A DNA stretch of 64,000 bases. Source: Macrostomum lignano. Taxonomy: Eukaryota. Location: the NCBI GenBank assembly GCA_002269645.1, contig NIVC01001484.1, positions 1 through 64,000 on the forward strand. The letters are read 5' to 3'. Both the position numbers and the translations under genes were made by a program. The notes beneath the pieces are model-generated. The model was not told where the DNA came from and did no database searches. It worked only from the letters and a program-made list of their open reading frames with translations. This document shows, in pieces, positions 1 through 16,154 of this stretch (its first letter is position 1; the number at the start of each line of letters is the position of its first letter).

Positions 1-238
1 GCACTCTGCACGAGGCCGCTGATTGGCTGCCCACCAGAGAGCGAAGCGGGCGACCTTAATGAAAGCTACCTGCTGCGCGTGTTTTGCCGCGCTCAGAGGC
101 TGCAACTGCCGGTGAGTTTACTCATCACCGAGCGGATCTTTCCTGCAGAATTGGCAACTGTGTTCAAAAAGTGTTTACCTGGACAATCCGGAAAGCCGAA
201 AGTTGGCGCAGCCGCTGCTCAACTCTTTGCCGTTTTGA
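1..238 (+). CDS. Probable 3' end of an unidentified gene entering from the left (exons <1-111 and 149-238)
   Basis: Frame 1 is open over 1-111 and ends at a G|GTGAGT donor; a 37-nt intron ends TTCCTGCAG at 148; phase-0 continuation NWQLCSKSVYLDNPESRKLAQPLLNSLPF* stops at 238. No family recognised. Confidence 0.45.
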
Positions 239-269
239 TTCGTTATTCCGAGGCATTCGGTCGGAATGA

Positions 270-319
270 GTAACGACCACAGACCAATAAGTCTGTACTT
301 ATTGGTCTGTGGTAACGAC
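270..319. mobile_element. 34-bp TIR-only DNA-transposon derivative (278-311) with 8-bp target-site duplication
   Basis: GTAACGAC (270-277), CACAGACCAATAAGT (278-292), CTGT, ACTTATTGGTCTGTG (297-311, perfect reverse complement), GTAACGAC (312-319). Confidence 0.75.
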
Positions 320-1774
320 AGATACTCGTGCTATAACAAGTTTCTTTGCTTTGCTTTTTATGTAATAACATATTATATTTATCATTGCACAACCAACTTT
401 CTATGTTTTTTGACAGTGAAGCCCAATACTACTACTACCATCATTATGAATTCCAATTAAATCAGATTTCGTATGTTTCTTCCCAAGTGGCCGACAAGTT
501 ACTCCTGAGAGCTGAGGAACTCAATGGGGCTCCTTGGAATGCCAAGTTTGTGACATCATACCCAGCAAGTTCTCCAGAAACATCGCACAGGTAAAATGCC
601 ACAGATATCCACTCACAAAGGGGTGGGGGCTTAGTAACTATGGGCAGACTGATTGCGCCACACCTGGAATCGAACACAGGACCACTGAATCCAGTGCGAT
701 CTTAATTTCACATAGCTACATCTACTTCTATTTAGCTAACAGAGCTAACCATAGGGAAATACAAGGTGTTTTTCTATCGAAATTACTAATTACATGTAGG
801 CCTTTAACTCGTTCATGCAAACAATCTTGCACGATTTTATTCTCAAATTTTAAAGACAATTAATCTTTTTGCTTAATCGCGGCATCATGTGAGTTTTTTC
901 AACATCGCTTCTTTTTTATTTTTACTATATGCTCGTATCCTTGCGTAACAAATAATTTTTCATATTTACTCAAGAAAATTGATATTTAACAGAATATAAC
1001 GAAATTTTTATAGTTTCTTAACAGCCAAAGCTAAATTTTACATCGCTGGACATGCTGGAACTCACTATCGTTACATAGCATATTACTAAAATTAGTTTTA
1101 GCTCCCTAATTATTTATCCGAGTTTTCAATAAAATACACATGGCCTCTCACTCAATATTCCAACGATCAATGATTAACTTTTTAAATAAAACAATATTTA
1201 CACAGAGTAGCCAGCCAGGTGCAAATTTGTTTATTAAGGAGATGACTTTATTTTTTCTTTTCTTTGCTAAACTAACGAGTTTCTAGTGTTATCCAAGCGT
1301 CAGGGAATCTTCCAGCAAGACTTGCAGCCGAAACCCAGTCGGTTCTGTTTATTTAGACTTTGTACTTGGCTCAAAGTACCTCGTAGCTTCTGAAAGTTTT
1401 TATTGTACGCATTTCATGTACTTAAATGTCTGTGGTAGACTGGCCCTCTTCTATGCTTGCCGTACAGTCAGCTGTACAGAAACCCTGCCACACACCCTGC
1501 CTTCTCTTTCCTGTCTATAATTTCGTCTCTCTAAAAGCTTTCCAGCCATGCGTTTTAAGCTCTCAAATTCATTCTTTCTAGGCGCAAGCGCGATACGGAA
1601 AAACGACGTTTTAGCAAGACAGAGTCAGCCGTCTTCCGTTTGCACTTCGAAGCTTTCAGCTCTATGGGCTTTCGGTGTACCATCGGGATCACCAGGTAAA
1701 AACTTGTATAAATGCCGGTCGCTAAACTTTGGGGTACTCAGAAATCTGATTGAAAGGATTGAAATGCAATAAAT

Positions 1775-2500
1775 GGGCGGTTTATGAATAAAAATCGAGA
1801 AAATCTCGGCGGAAATTCTTGTAAGCCAAGATAAAAAGGAAAATATTTTCTCAACTGTCGAGATTTTCGCGCGAAGAAATTCTCTCAAGCTAAGAAAAGC
1901 TGCAAAAGACATGAATAAACTTTTCTTGGCTTGCAAGACTTTCTCGCAAGAATTTATGAAGCAAATTGTCGTCTATGGGCCAACCTGGGCAGGGTTGGGT
2001 GGAATCTCGAGAGACAGAAATAAGACTGGGTGCACAACTGACGGCTTCCACTTTCGAGACAGTTTTTAGCTGGCCTATTTTCTCTGCCAGGAAGGACACG
2101 TGTTCCTCAGAAAACCGATGCAGCCGTTGGTATGTGCCAGGCGGAGAGGCCTGTCGTGGCTGATACGCCTTGCGCTTCCTTATTAATGCAAACATTTCAA
2201 ATCTAAAGCAAGAAAAAAATTCAGTGATAGAAATTCTGTGTCTGAGCTTTAGAAGAAGGAGCTCGTCAAAAACTCTAGTTTTTACACAGACATTGAGAAA
2301 AGGGTGATTTTATTCATACGAGAGCGAGAAAACCTTTTTCTTCACAGATTTTCTTAGCAAGATTTTCTTGTCTCAAAATCTCATAAGAAAATCTTCAGAA
2401 GAAATTCTCGCGAGAAAAAGTAATTTTCTTATTCATTAAAAGCCAAGAAATTCTCGCTTTCTTGCAAGATTAAAAAAGGTTTCTCTTTTTTATTCATACC
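1775..2500. mobile_element. Decayed non-autonomous DNA transposon, possibly PIF/Harbinger-like
   Basis: Imperfect terminal inverted similarity (GGCGGTTTATGAATAAAAATCGAGAAA vs TTTCTCTTTTTTATTCATACC) and many subterminal TTCTCGC(A/G)AGA / TTCTTGCAAGA motifs at both ends. TSD not clear. Confidence 0.3.
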
Positions 2501-2673
2501 TTTTCAATGTCAATGCTTATTCAAAACAAAAATATTTGCTTTTCATTAAACTTCATGAATAAAATAAATGAATAGAATAGAATGTATCATGAACAGAAAA
2601 AATTGCACACAATCTTGAATCTGGATAGATACACAATTTGCTCTTTTGAACTGATTCGCTCTGTCGACCTTAA

Positions 2674-2850
2674 AGGCTCGTGGGGGGAATTGCTGAGTTG
2701 TCAAGGCTCATAGGCAGGATGACTGATATTTACAGACTCATGGGATAGTTTCTGAGATATCAAGGCTGATGGGAATTGCTGAAATGGTGTGGCTGATGGG
2801 GGTTGCTCAGATTCTTTGATGCTAAAGCTCAAAGGAGCTGTTGATATCTT
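2674..2850 (-). repeat. Degenerate copies of the Helitron-array 30-bp minisatellite, opposite orientation
   Basis: TGGGGGGAATTGCTGAGTTGTCAAGGCTCA (2681-2710) is the reverse complement of the GTAAGCCTTGACATCTCAGCAATTCCCCCA unit; it is followed by more diverged copies. Confidence 0.55.
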
Positions 2851-3292
2851 AGGTTAGATAGCTGGCTTTCTGGGTGGATTAAACTGCTTTAAACCTCGTT
2901 TTCCTTAAGAAACTAACAGTAGTGACTGTACAAGGTCGAAACCTACATGCAGTTTATTAAAAAGTTGTATTCCTTACTTTGTTGCCTCTCTAGTGTGGGC
3001 GGAGATTGCTAGTCCATTATACTAAAAGTTAAAAATAGCTATTAAAAATATCATTAGAAACTGTCAGAAATACAGGTCACTAGTCACTAGTCATTCGCGC
3101 GAATTCGCCTAGTTAATTCAAAATTGTATTGAGGTGAAACCCTCTTTTCCGACTTTAAACCAGTTTTTTGACCGCCCTAGCTTTGTATCAGTAACTTTCA
3201 AATAAAAGAATCACACAGTTAAATCGTGTAGGTGCCACGTTTCTTGCAGAGAAGATTTGTACAAAAGCAATAACAATCAATGACTTTCAGAC

Positions 3293-6200
3293 ATGCCGAA
3301 GCCCAGCGACAACAACAAAAAACGCAAGAAGGCGAGAGAAGTCGAGGAACTTCTTCTGCAGCTTGGAATAAAAAACTCGTCAAATGAACCATCAGCTGGC
3401 ACTCGTCTTCCTCAAGGTATTAGGGAACTGCTATCCAAATTGAGCACTCAAAGATTAGATCAGCTTGAGTATGCTAAATTGGAGGAGCTCGCTCTCCAGA
3501 TTAGGCGCTTCATGCAATGGCGTGACGACTCGGCTTCTTTGTCAAGTCGCGCCGACAGCAGAGAAGACGGTGAGCCTGATGAAGCCCTACTAAGAGCAAC
3601 CCGTAGTCTACATCGCGCAGCTGAATCTGGCGACCTAGAGTCCTGCCAGATGGCCCTGCGCAGAGTTCCGAGTGTCGACTGTCAAGACGCCTACGGATTG
3701 ACTGCGCTTCACTGCGCAGCTAGAAACGGACAAAGTGAGATTGCCAGCAGGCTTCTCTCCGAAGGGGCCAGTATCAACGCTCAGGACCAAGACGGCAACA
3801 CGCCTCTAATGCTGGCAACCGTTAATCAGCAACCACATCTGCTCCGGCTGCTAACTGACCGTGGCGCAGATCTTGTCGTAAAAAATCGCCAAGGATTCAC
3901 AGCCGCCGACTTGGCCTTTGCTGCTCACGACCTGCAGAGTCTTGCTATTCTGGAAGAGAAGCAGTTGGCTCTGCAGTTTGACGCGGCGGTGCACAACGAG
4001 ACCATACCGGAGCTGGTACGGAGCCATACAACCGAATGCGTCCGTTATTGGCTGGAAAATTATCCGAAACGAGACGCCGAAAAGCCGTGCGATCTCCAGT
4101 ACAAGGATGAGCAGACAATCGCTCATGTAGCCTCCCAAATTGGCTCCACAGAGTTTCTCCATCTAGTTGCAGAACAAGATGGAAACTTCGACAAGATTGA
4201 CAATACCAAAAGCTCTCCATTGTTCTACGCTGCTCAGCAAGGAAGCGAAGAAGTTGCAGAGCTTCTATTGAGCAAAGGCTGCGACGTAAATCGGGTTTGC
4301 AACCTGGGTAGAACACCATTGTTTTCAGCCGTAATGAATAGCCATATAGAATTTGTGAAGATGCTACTTAGAGCTGGTGCCAACGTGCACCTGAAAGATG
4401 GAATGGGGAAATGCCCCCTAGCCTACTGCATCGAATCTGAAAATCAAGAGATCTTCGATTGCGTGCTTGAGGCAATGAAATCTACCGACCAATTCGAATG
4501 TGAAACCCAGTCAAATCTGATTCAAATGGCAGCTGAACTAAGCCGAGTCCAAATGCTGAAGCAGCTTCATCAAGCTAGTATGCCACTGGACATTCCGAGA
4601 GCGAAGGACGGTCGAACTGCAGTCATGGCAGCGTGTCACGCCGGCACCGCAGAGACAGTCGCCTATCTTGCCGAAAATAACTGCGACGTAAATCGCATCG
4701 ATAGAGCTGGAAATACTCCGGCACTTTTGGCTGCCGCCAATGGGCAGTTGAGCGTGCTGAATGTGCTAAAAAGTCATCAAGCAAACTTCGATGTACCAAA
4801 CTCAGAAGGCAAGACTGCAATATTGGTAGCTGCAGGCTCAAAAGACAACGCTTTGGAGACTGTCAAATTCCTGTTAGATCAGGGTTGCAAGATTAATGTC
4901 ATCGATAATAAGGGAAATACAGTAGCTTCTCAAGCTACCTCTGCTCTTAACTGGCCGCTGATCAAGCTTTTGATTGAGAAGAAAGTCCCCATGGACATTG
5001 CCGACAACAAGGGCAATACCCCTCTCATGAAGGCAATCACCGCGCAGTCTGAGGACGGCTCCCTGACTCGAAAAATTGTCATTGCTTTAATTAGTTACGG
5101 GTGTAGTTCCACTGTTAAGAATAACAAAGGAAATTCTGCTTTGAGCATGGCGGCCAAGATGGGTAGGGTGGACTTACTGACCCATTTTGCTGCAAGCGGA
5201 AAACCTATAATGAACATTAATAGAAAGGGTAAGACTATCCTAATGCAAGTTGCAGCAAAAAACCAAGTCGATGTTATTCGGTATCTCCATCGAGACTCGC
5301 CAGAAGAGAAGGACAATAAAAACGCTACAGACGAGTGCGGCAGAACCGCTGTGCATTTCGCTGCCATGAAGGGGCATCCTGAAGCAATTGTCTATCTTGT
5401 TAACAACTTAAAGTGCGTTTTCGATACAAAAGACAAATACGGGCTCACTCCGTTCTTGCTAGCCGTTAGAGAAGGCAACGAAGACGTGGTTAAGAAACTC
5501 GCGGACTACGGTGCAGATGTTAACTTGAGAAACAATCAAGGTGAAAATGCGGTCCACATGGCAACGCAGATGAGATTCTTTGACCTGGTGAAGCTGCTAG
5601 AACGGAAGGACTGTTGCCTCGACCAAGAAGACAAAACGGGCAAGACGCCACTTATGATAGCATGCTCCAATAACGACTCGTCTACTGTGGACTTTCTGCT
5701 ATCCAGAAACGTTCTGCTTGAACCCTGCACTAAAGAAAACAGACAAGCCATCCATTTTGCTTGCGAGGCAGGTGGACTTGAAGTTCTACAGAAGCTGGTG
5801 GAGAAAGATATCTCCATTTGCTGCACTGACTCGGCCGGAATCACGACCCTGATGCTGGCGGCGCTGGCTGGGTCAAGGGAAATTGTGAAAATTTTCTTAA
5901 CGACGGTACCAGACCTGAACTTTGTGACAGCTAAAGATAACTACGGCAAGACTGCGCTTGAGTATGCAATCATTGGCCAGAATAGCGAGCTTCTGTCTGA
6001 CCTAATTAGCGCTGGATGCGACGTGAACAATCGGAAGTCAAACGGTTGGACACCTCTCTTGATTGCGATAGAGGTGGGCAAAGCCGCCGCCGATAGCATG
6101 GTGCAGATATTAATCGCCAGCGGGTGCAGCAAAGACGCCGAAACAGAAGACGGTCTCAGTGCTGCTCACCTGGCGTGTAGGTGTAACAAGCTCGAAATTC

Positions 6201-8830
6201 TGAAGATTTTAATCGAAAAGAAGTTCCCTATCGACACGGTAACTAAGTCAGGTGACTCGTGCTTGACGCTGGCAGCAGCAAAGGCCAGTGCAGAATTAGT
6301 TGGCCTACTAATCGATTTTGGCTTGGAAAAAAGTCACACAAACAATGATGGCGATTCGGCTGTCTCCATTGCATGCCTGCGCGGTGATGAAGATGTTTTG
6401 TCGAAAATCTGGCCAATTACTGACGAAGACTCAGTAAAAGTCTACTCACAGAAGAACACTCTGCTTCACTTTGCTTGTAAAGGAGGTTCAAAGAAGATTG
6501 CTAAAAGCCTAATTGATAAGGATGAATCCCTTCTGCATGCCAGAAATGGCGACTTTGAAACGCCCCTCCATCTCGCATGCAGCAATTTAAAGCTTGATAT
6601 TGTTGAGTTGCTGCTCGAATACGGAGCTGATCCGAATGCTATTGGTGGAAATGGAAAGACACCGATATTTGGCGCTTTATCGGCTTCTAAAGGCTTTGAA
6701 ATTTGCCAACTTTTATTAGCCAAAAGTGCAGACGTGAATGTGGTCAGCAAGGATGGAGTCACTGTATTAGCGGAGGCATTCTTTCGGGGCAGTCGGAGTA
6801 TCATCGATTTGCTCTTACAAACGGGTGCTCGTCTGTCGGCCGACACATTGCCTCCGAATTTCGAAGTCTTTCGTACTAACATTCGCTCTCGAAAGAATAA
6901 GAACTTAACAGAGTTGCTCGATTTGGGTGTACCAGTAGACAGGCGCGAAAGTCAGTGGAATTTACTCCACTTGGCCATAGAAACTTGTCGCAGTAGTCTT
7001 ATTAATGAACTGCTCAGCAGAGGTGCAAGCGTTACAGTCAAAGATGCTAAGGGGTACACGCCCTTGCTGACCGCTATTCGATTTGGCCAAATTGATTTGG
7101 CCCGCGAGATTTTGCGAAAGCACCCGGAATCAAAGGACGACGTGAACAATAACAAAAACACTTTGCTTCACGTGGCGGTTTCTGAATCCAAACTGAGCAC
7201 CCTACGGTGGCTTTTGTCTGAATTCGACTTTTTAAAGGATGCCAAAAATTGTTATGAAGAAACCGCCTTGCACCTGGCCGCGCGAGTAGGCAACGAAGAG
7301 ATGTACCAGCTGCTGGTTGAAAAGGGCTGGGACCCACAACTTGCGGTTAGAGATGGCCGCTCAATGCTGGAATTGGCGGCTCGCTCAGGAAACAGCCGGT
7401 TCGCCGTGACGATGCACCTGCGAAATCACAGTGACAGCGTCTGCGAGTCCTTATTTTGCCATTTGGCGTCTACTGGTCAGGCAGCAGCGCTCAGGAGTCT
7501 TCAGCGACGCGAGTCTTGTAAGAAACAGTCAGGGCAAATTCGTGATGCTGTGATAGCCAGTGGCAGTCAATACTTGCTTCACTGGATGCTGATCCGGGAC
7601 AATCAGAGCACAGAAGAGAATAAAAGGCTCCTAAATGAAGCCAATCAGAACGGAGAAACTGCACTAACGCTTGCCGTCAGAGTAGGCAATTATCACATTT
7701 TTCGGAAGCTCGAGAAAATCGGCTGCAGTCTCGAGGTGAAAACAAAGCGCGGCTACACGCTCGTGCACGAAGCTGTTGCAGCTGGTCACGAGCAGATTCT
7801 GCTGCACTTGATTAGTGACCCCGGAGTCCTGGCGAAAGAACCGGATGTGAATGGAGACACGCCCCTCCTACAATCCATTGTTCTGGGAAGGACCCGGCTA
7901 CTGGAGGTGTTGCACGGAAAGCTTGGTTGTAGTCTTAACGATCGAAATTTGTTGCGAAGAAACGCCGCCCACTTAGCTGCCATAGGAGGCAACAAGGAGA
8001 TTCTTTTCTATTTAAAGCAGCACTCGTCCAATGAAGAATTTTTCGATTCCATTGACGCGCACGGCGACACACCCCTCATGCTGGCTGTGCTTCACGGCAA
8101 CACGGAGGCAGCCAAGTTTTTACTGGAAAACTGCCATGTAAATGCAAGCCATCAGAATGAGACTCAGAGCACTGCTCTTCACTGGGCTGCTTACAAATCT
8201 AATCAGATTGAAGTTGAGGCTCTGCTGGCAGAAGCAGCTACAGTCGACGCAAAGAACAAAGATGGAGTGACACCACTGATGCTTGCTGTGCAGCAGCGGT
8301 CAGTTCAGTGCGTCCAGGCTCTGTTGGAAAAGGAAGCCTCTCCGACGCTCGCTAACCACAATGGAGATTGCGCGCTAGACTTCATGCTGCTCTCGCAGGA
8401 CAGGGAAATTCGGGAACTCGGAGAGCGTCTGAGAGCTGAGCGAGGCCAAGGACCCAATAGCAGGTATGACAGAATCCTGTATCATAGGCATGCAATCTTA
8501 ATTTGTTTATTAGCAAAGGTAAGCAAAGCACATTACTTTTTTAATTTTAGGCTATCAGTAGGCGATCTGTCGGCTTATCTTACACCGGAAAGTCTCCAGG
8601 TCCAGGATCACTTTCAAGCAAGGCCTTATTTAGGGGCTTGCGCAGACTTCAGCAGCAATAGCCCTGTTTCTGCTAGGTAAGGACAGGTTTACAAAGAATC
8701 TGCAAACCTGTGTCATTAAACCTTACACTAATCAACTTGTTTCACATTATTTTTCAGAGATTCTTCGCAAGTTCGCCAAATCAGCGGTTTGGGAGTGATT
8801 GAACCTCACACGCCCCAGTCTCAGAACTGA
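3293..8830 (+). CDS. Very large ankyrin-repeat protein; exons 3293-8463, 8551-8676, 8758-8830
   Basis: Dozens of G.T(P/A)LH.A ankyrin motifs along the 1795-aa ORF; basic N-terminal KKRKK. The ORF tail reads through an 87-nt intron (CAG|GTATGA 8464 ... TTTTAG 8550). A second intron 8677-8757 (GTAAGG...CTAAT...TTTTCAG) gives the in-phase end RDSSQVRQISGLGVIEPHTPQSQN*. Confidence 0.9.
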
Positions 8831-9689
8831 TATCTAAGCTCAGGCCTCAGATCCTCAGCCTTTTTTTGAAAATCCTCAGTTTTCAACACAGTTCTAACTA
8901 CTTACTGAACCTTTCGATATGAATAGATACTCTCGAAAATGTATGGCACAAGCTTGTGCAATATGCATGCACGTGTTTCACAGTCTTTTTGTTGCTATTA
9001 CCGTTTTTGGTCAGTTAGTTGTCCCTCTCGGTGTGACACAAAACGACATTTCACAGCGCTATGAGTACCTTATATTGAAGTACAAATTAGTTTTTGTTGT
9101 AAACTACTAACATGACAGCTAATTAACGGATTGGCAATATTGGATTGGAGCACGTGTCAAATATTGGGATGCCCATACGCGTACATCAACTGCTGCCAAA
9201 AACACAGACACAAACACACACACACACACACACACCAATATGCCTTCGGCAACTTTGTTCAAGGCTTATTCAAGCGCTCATGGTTTTCTATGTTATATTT
9301 AACGAATGCTTTGAAAGTATCTTTGCTATTTGAGTCTACCTTTGTTTATGGTTGCCGCGAATATCAGAAATATTGTACCAGTGAGCTCTGCAGAAACGGC
9401 TGAGCTGGACTATTTTCTAATTGATTCTTGTAGCCCCTCTGCAAATTTTAGCGTCTTTTTATTCATTGCCAATCCGAATCGTAGCAATTCCCTTCACTAC
9501 ACATTTTAAATCGATTTGTTTTTTTTCAATACAATATTTGCATTGCAGCGCATCCTGTCAAGGCTAAAAAAATAGAAAACTTTTTGCAGTGATTTGGTTG
9601 AATTCAACAACAAGTATCTGTGTTGTCTCGTACTCGTTCATGTTTTGTATCTCGGATTCAAACCTTTTGTAACCCTTCCTCTCAGAACT

Positions 9690-10810
9690 CACCAGCTCTC
9701 AGAACCCACCAGCTCTCAGAACCCACCCTCTCAGAACTCACCCTCTCAGAACCCACCCTCTCAGAACTCACCCTCTCAGAACTCACCCTCTCAGAACCCA
9801 CCCTCTCAGAACTCACCCTCTCAGAACCTACCCTCTCAGAACCCATCCTCTCAGAACCCAACCTCTCAGAACCCAACCTCTCAGAACCCATCCTCTCAGA
9901 ACCTACCCTCTCAGAACTCACCCTCTGAGAACCCATCCTCTCAGAACTCAACCTCTCAGAACCCAACCTCTCAGAACCCACCCTCTCAGAACCCACCCTC
10001 TCAGAACCCACCCTCTTAGAACCCACCCTCTCAGAACTCACCCTCTCAGAACCCAACCTCTCAGAACCCACCCTCTCAGAACCCAACCTCTTAGAACCCA
10101 TCCTCTCAGAACCCACCCTCTCAGAACCCACCCTCTCAGAACCCACCCTCTCAGAACCCACCCTCTCAGAACCCAACCTCTCAGAACCCACCCTCTCAGA
10201 ACCCACCCTCTCAGAACCCACCCTCTCAGAACCCACCCTCTCAGAACCCACCCTCTCAGAACCCACCCTCTCAGAACCCACCATCTCAGAACCCACCATC
10301 TCAGAACCCAGAACCCACCCTCTCAGAACCCACCCTGTCAGAACCCATCCTCCCAGAACCCACCCTCTTAGAACTTACCCTTTCAGAACCCACCCTCTCA
10401 GAACCCACCCTCTCAGAACCCACCTTCTCAGAATCCATTCTGTGAGAACCCAACCTCTCAGAACCCACCCTCTCAGAACCCACCCTCTCAGAACCCACCC
10501 TCTCAGAACCCACCCTCTCAGAACCCACCATCTCAGAACCCACCCTCTCAGAACCCAGAACCCACCCTCTCAGAACCCACCCTGTCAGAACCCATCCTCC
10601 CAGAACCCACCCTCTCAGAACTTACCCTTTCAGAACCCACCCTCTCAGAACCCACCCTCTCAGAACCCACCTTCTCAGAATCCATTCTCTGAGAACCCAC
10701 CCTCTCAGAACTCAACCTCTCAGAACCCACCCTCTCAGAATCCATTCTCTCAGAACCCACCCTCTCAGAACTCAACCTCTCAGAACCCATCCTCTCAAAA
10801 ACCACCTCTC
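9690..10810. repeat. 15-bp minisatellite (CTCTCAGAACCCACC)n
   Basis: About 1.1 kb of direct 15-bp units, visible as the SQNPP / ERVGS periodic ORFs. Confidence 0.97.
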
Positions 10811-11097
10811 AGCAAAGGTTTTTTATCCGCCATGAAACGCTAATAATTTTTATCAATGTACGTATTTGTAGCTTCTGAGAATTATAGAATTTCGGCAACT
10901 ATTTTGCATGCTGCAATACGATGATAATCAATGCAAAACAATTAGACTCAGAGTATTAAACTGCCTCCCTAGCTCTTGGCATAAAAAGTTGTCGAGGCTA
11001 GAATTCACCTGCAGCTTGCTAATTGAAAAGCTGCTCAGTAGACAGTCAGAATCGCTTTGCTTGTCATTGACAGATGAACCACACTGACTGGTCCGAG

Positions 11098-15079
<3,982 letters not shown>

Positions 15080-15345
15080 GTCTTCAGTTTTTAAAGCCAA
15101 TTAAACTTATAATGATTTTCAGTGTGAAATAATTCGCTAATACATGTATCAGATTGTCAACTCATTCGTTCTTATTTGATTCTGCGTGCAGAATTGCTGA
15201 TCTTGCACGCTCAAGCGCGCAGAACTGATTTCATCTATGGCAAAATCTCCTTGAAGTCTAATGCATCATAGGTGCAGGATTGAAATTTATTTTTATAAAT
15301 TGAAATGACAACAAAAATAAAGTGCATGATTGATTTTGTCTACAG

Positions 15346-15518
15346 TGTATGGTTGAACCAAAGAGTATTGAGGTCGCCTAGTAGAGGGTGCCAATAAGTT
15401 TGAAAATCTGAAGCCGATTTTTAGAATCCACCCACCCCTTCAGGTCACCAAGATTTTTAGTCTATGGCACAAGTTGTGGCTAGAATGGTGTACAAAGCCG
15501 ATGCTCAGAAATATAAGA
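15346..15518 (-). mobile_element. Short Helitron-like 5'-end fragment; inverted copy at about 40822-40984
   Basis: Minus strand starts TCTTATATTT at 15518 (resembles the array's TCTTATATAC 5' end) and carries TTTAGTCTATGGC as in the array's subterminal module. A reverse-complement copy lies right of the array. Confidence 0.5.
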
Positions 15519-16154
15519 CATTTCACATTTAGAAAATGAACTAGCAATAGTTGACCCCCCTTCGGGGAGAGTATTTAGTACAGTTATTTATCGCAATTGA
15601 TTAACTAATATTCATAATAATCTCTCTTATTCACCGTATCTAAAATTCAATATCTCAATAATTCAATATGAATATTCATAAATCAATTTTTATATTCATT
15701 CTTATTCATAGGTCTCATTCATTTAGTCATTAATATTTTATTACACAACAATACACCACAGAAAGAAAGAACTCAAGCTATCTCCATTACAGAATAGAGG
15801 ATCGAAAAGTAAGAAGGAGAATGTTGGCTATAGACAATTATAGCAATTTTAGCCCCCCTCCGGGGAGATGCTCAGGTTCAGAGCAATGAATTGATTATAT
15901 TATTTATTTGAAAACAATAGTTATTTTGTTTTGTATTATTCTCTTATTTTTTACTGAATCAGATGCATACAGCGTTTATTGTATTATTTTTTTAGTATCA
16001 ACAATCAATCAGAATTATTATCAGAATAACATTGCTGCTTCTGCAACACCCAACCCCGGAGATTGACAGTGTGCACTTTATTGTTATTAAACTTAGCAGC
16101 TGCAACACCCAACACCAGAGATTGACTGTGTTTCTTTATCAATGACAATTCTTT

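Noticed and set aside
466-590. Possible internal exon (ATCAG|...CACAG|GTAAAA)
   Set aside because: No recognisable product and no compatible neighbouring exon found.
8464-8680. C-terminus YDRILYHRHAIL...SAR* of the 1795-aa ORF as real protein
   Set aside because: 8464-8550 has canonical intron signals and 8677 is a donor; the spliced end at 8830 is better supported.
3293-8830. Bacterial (endosymbiont) contaminant origin of the ankyrin ORF
   Set aside because: It has two canonical spliceosomal introns and eukaryotic flanks; ancient transfer is not excluded, but contamination is unsupported.
9594-10843. SQNPP / ERVGS repeat ORFs
   Set aside because: Artefacts of the 15-bp tandem repeat; no splice or start context.
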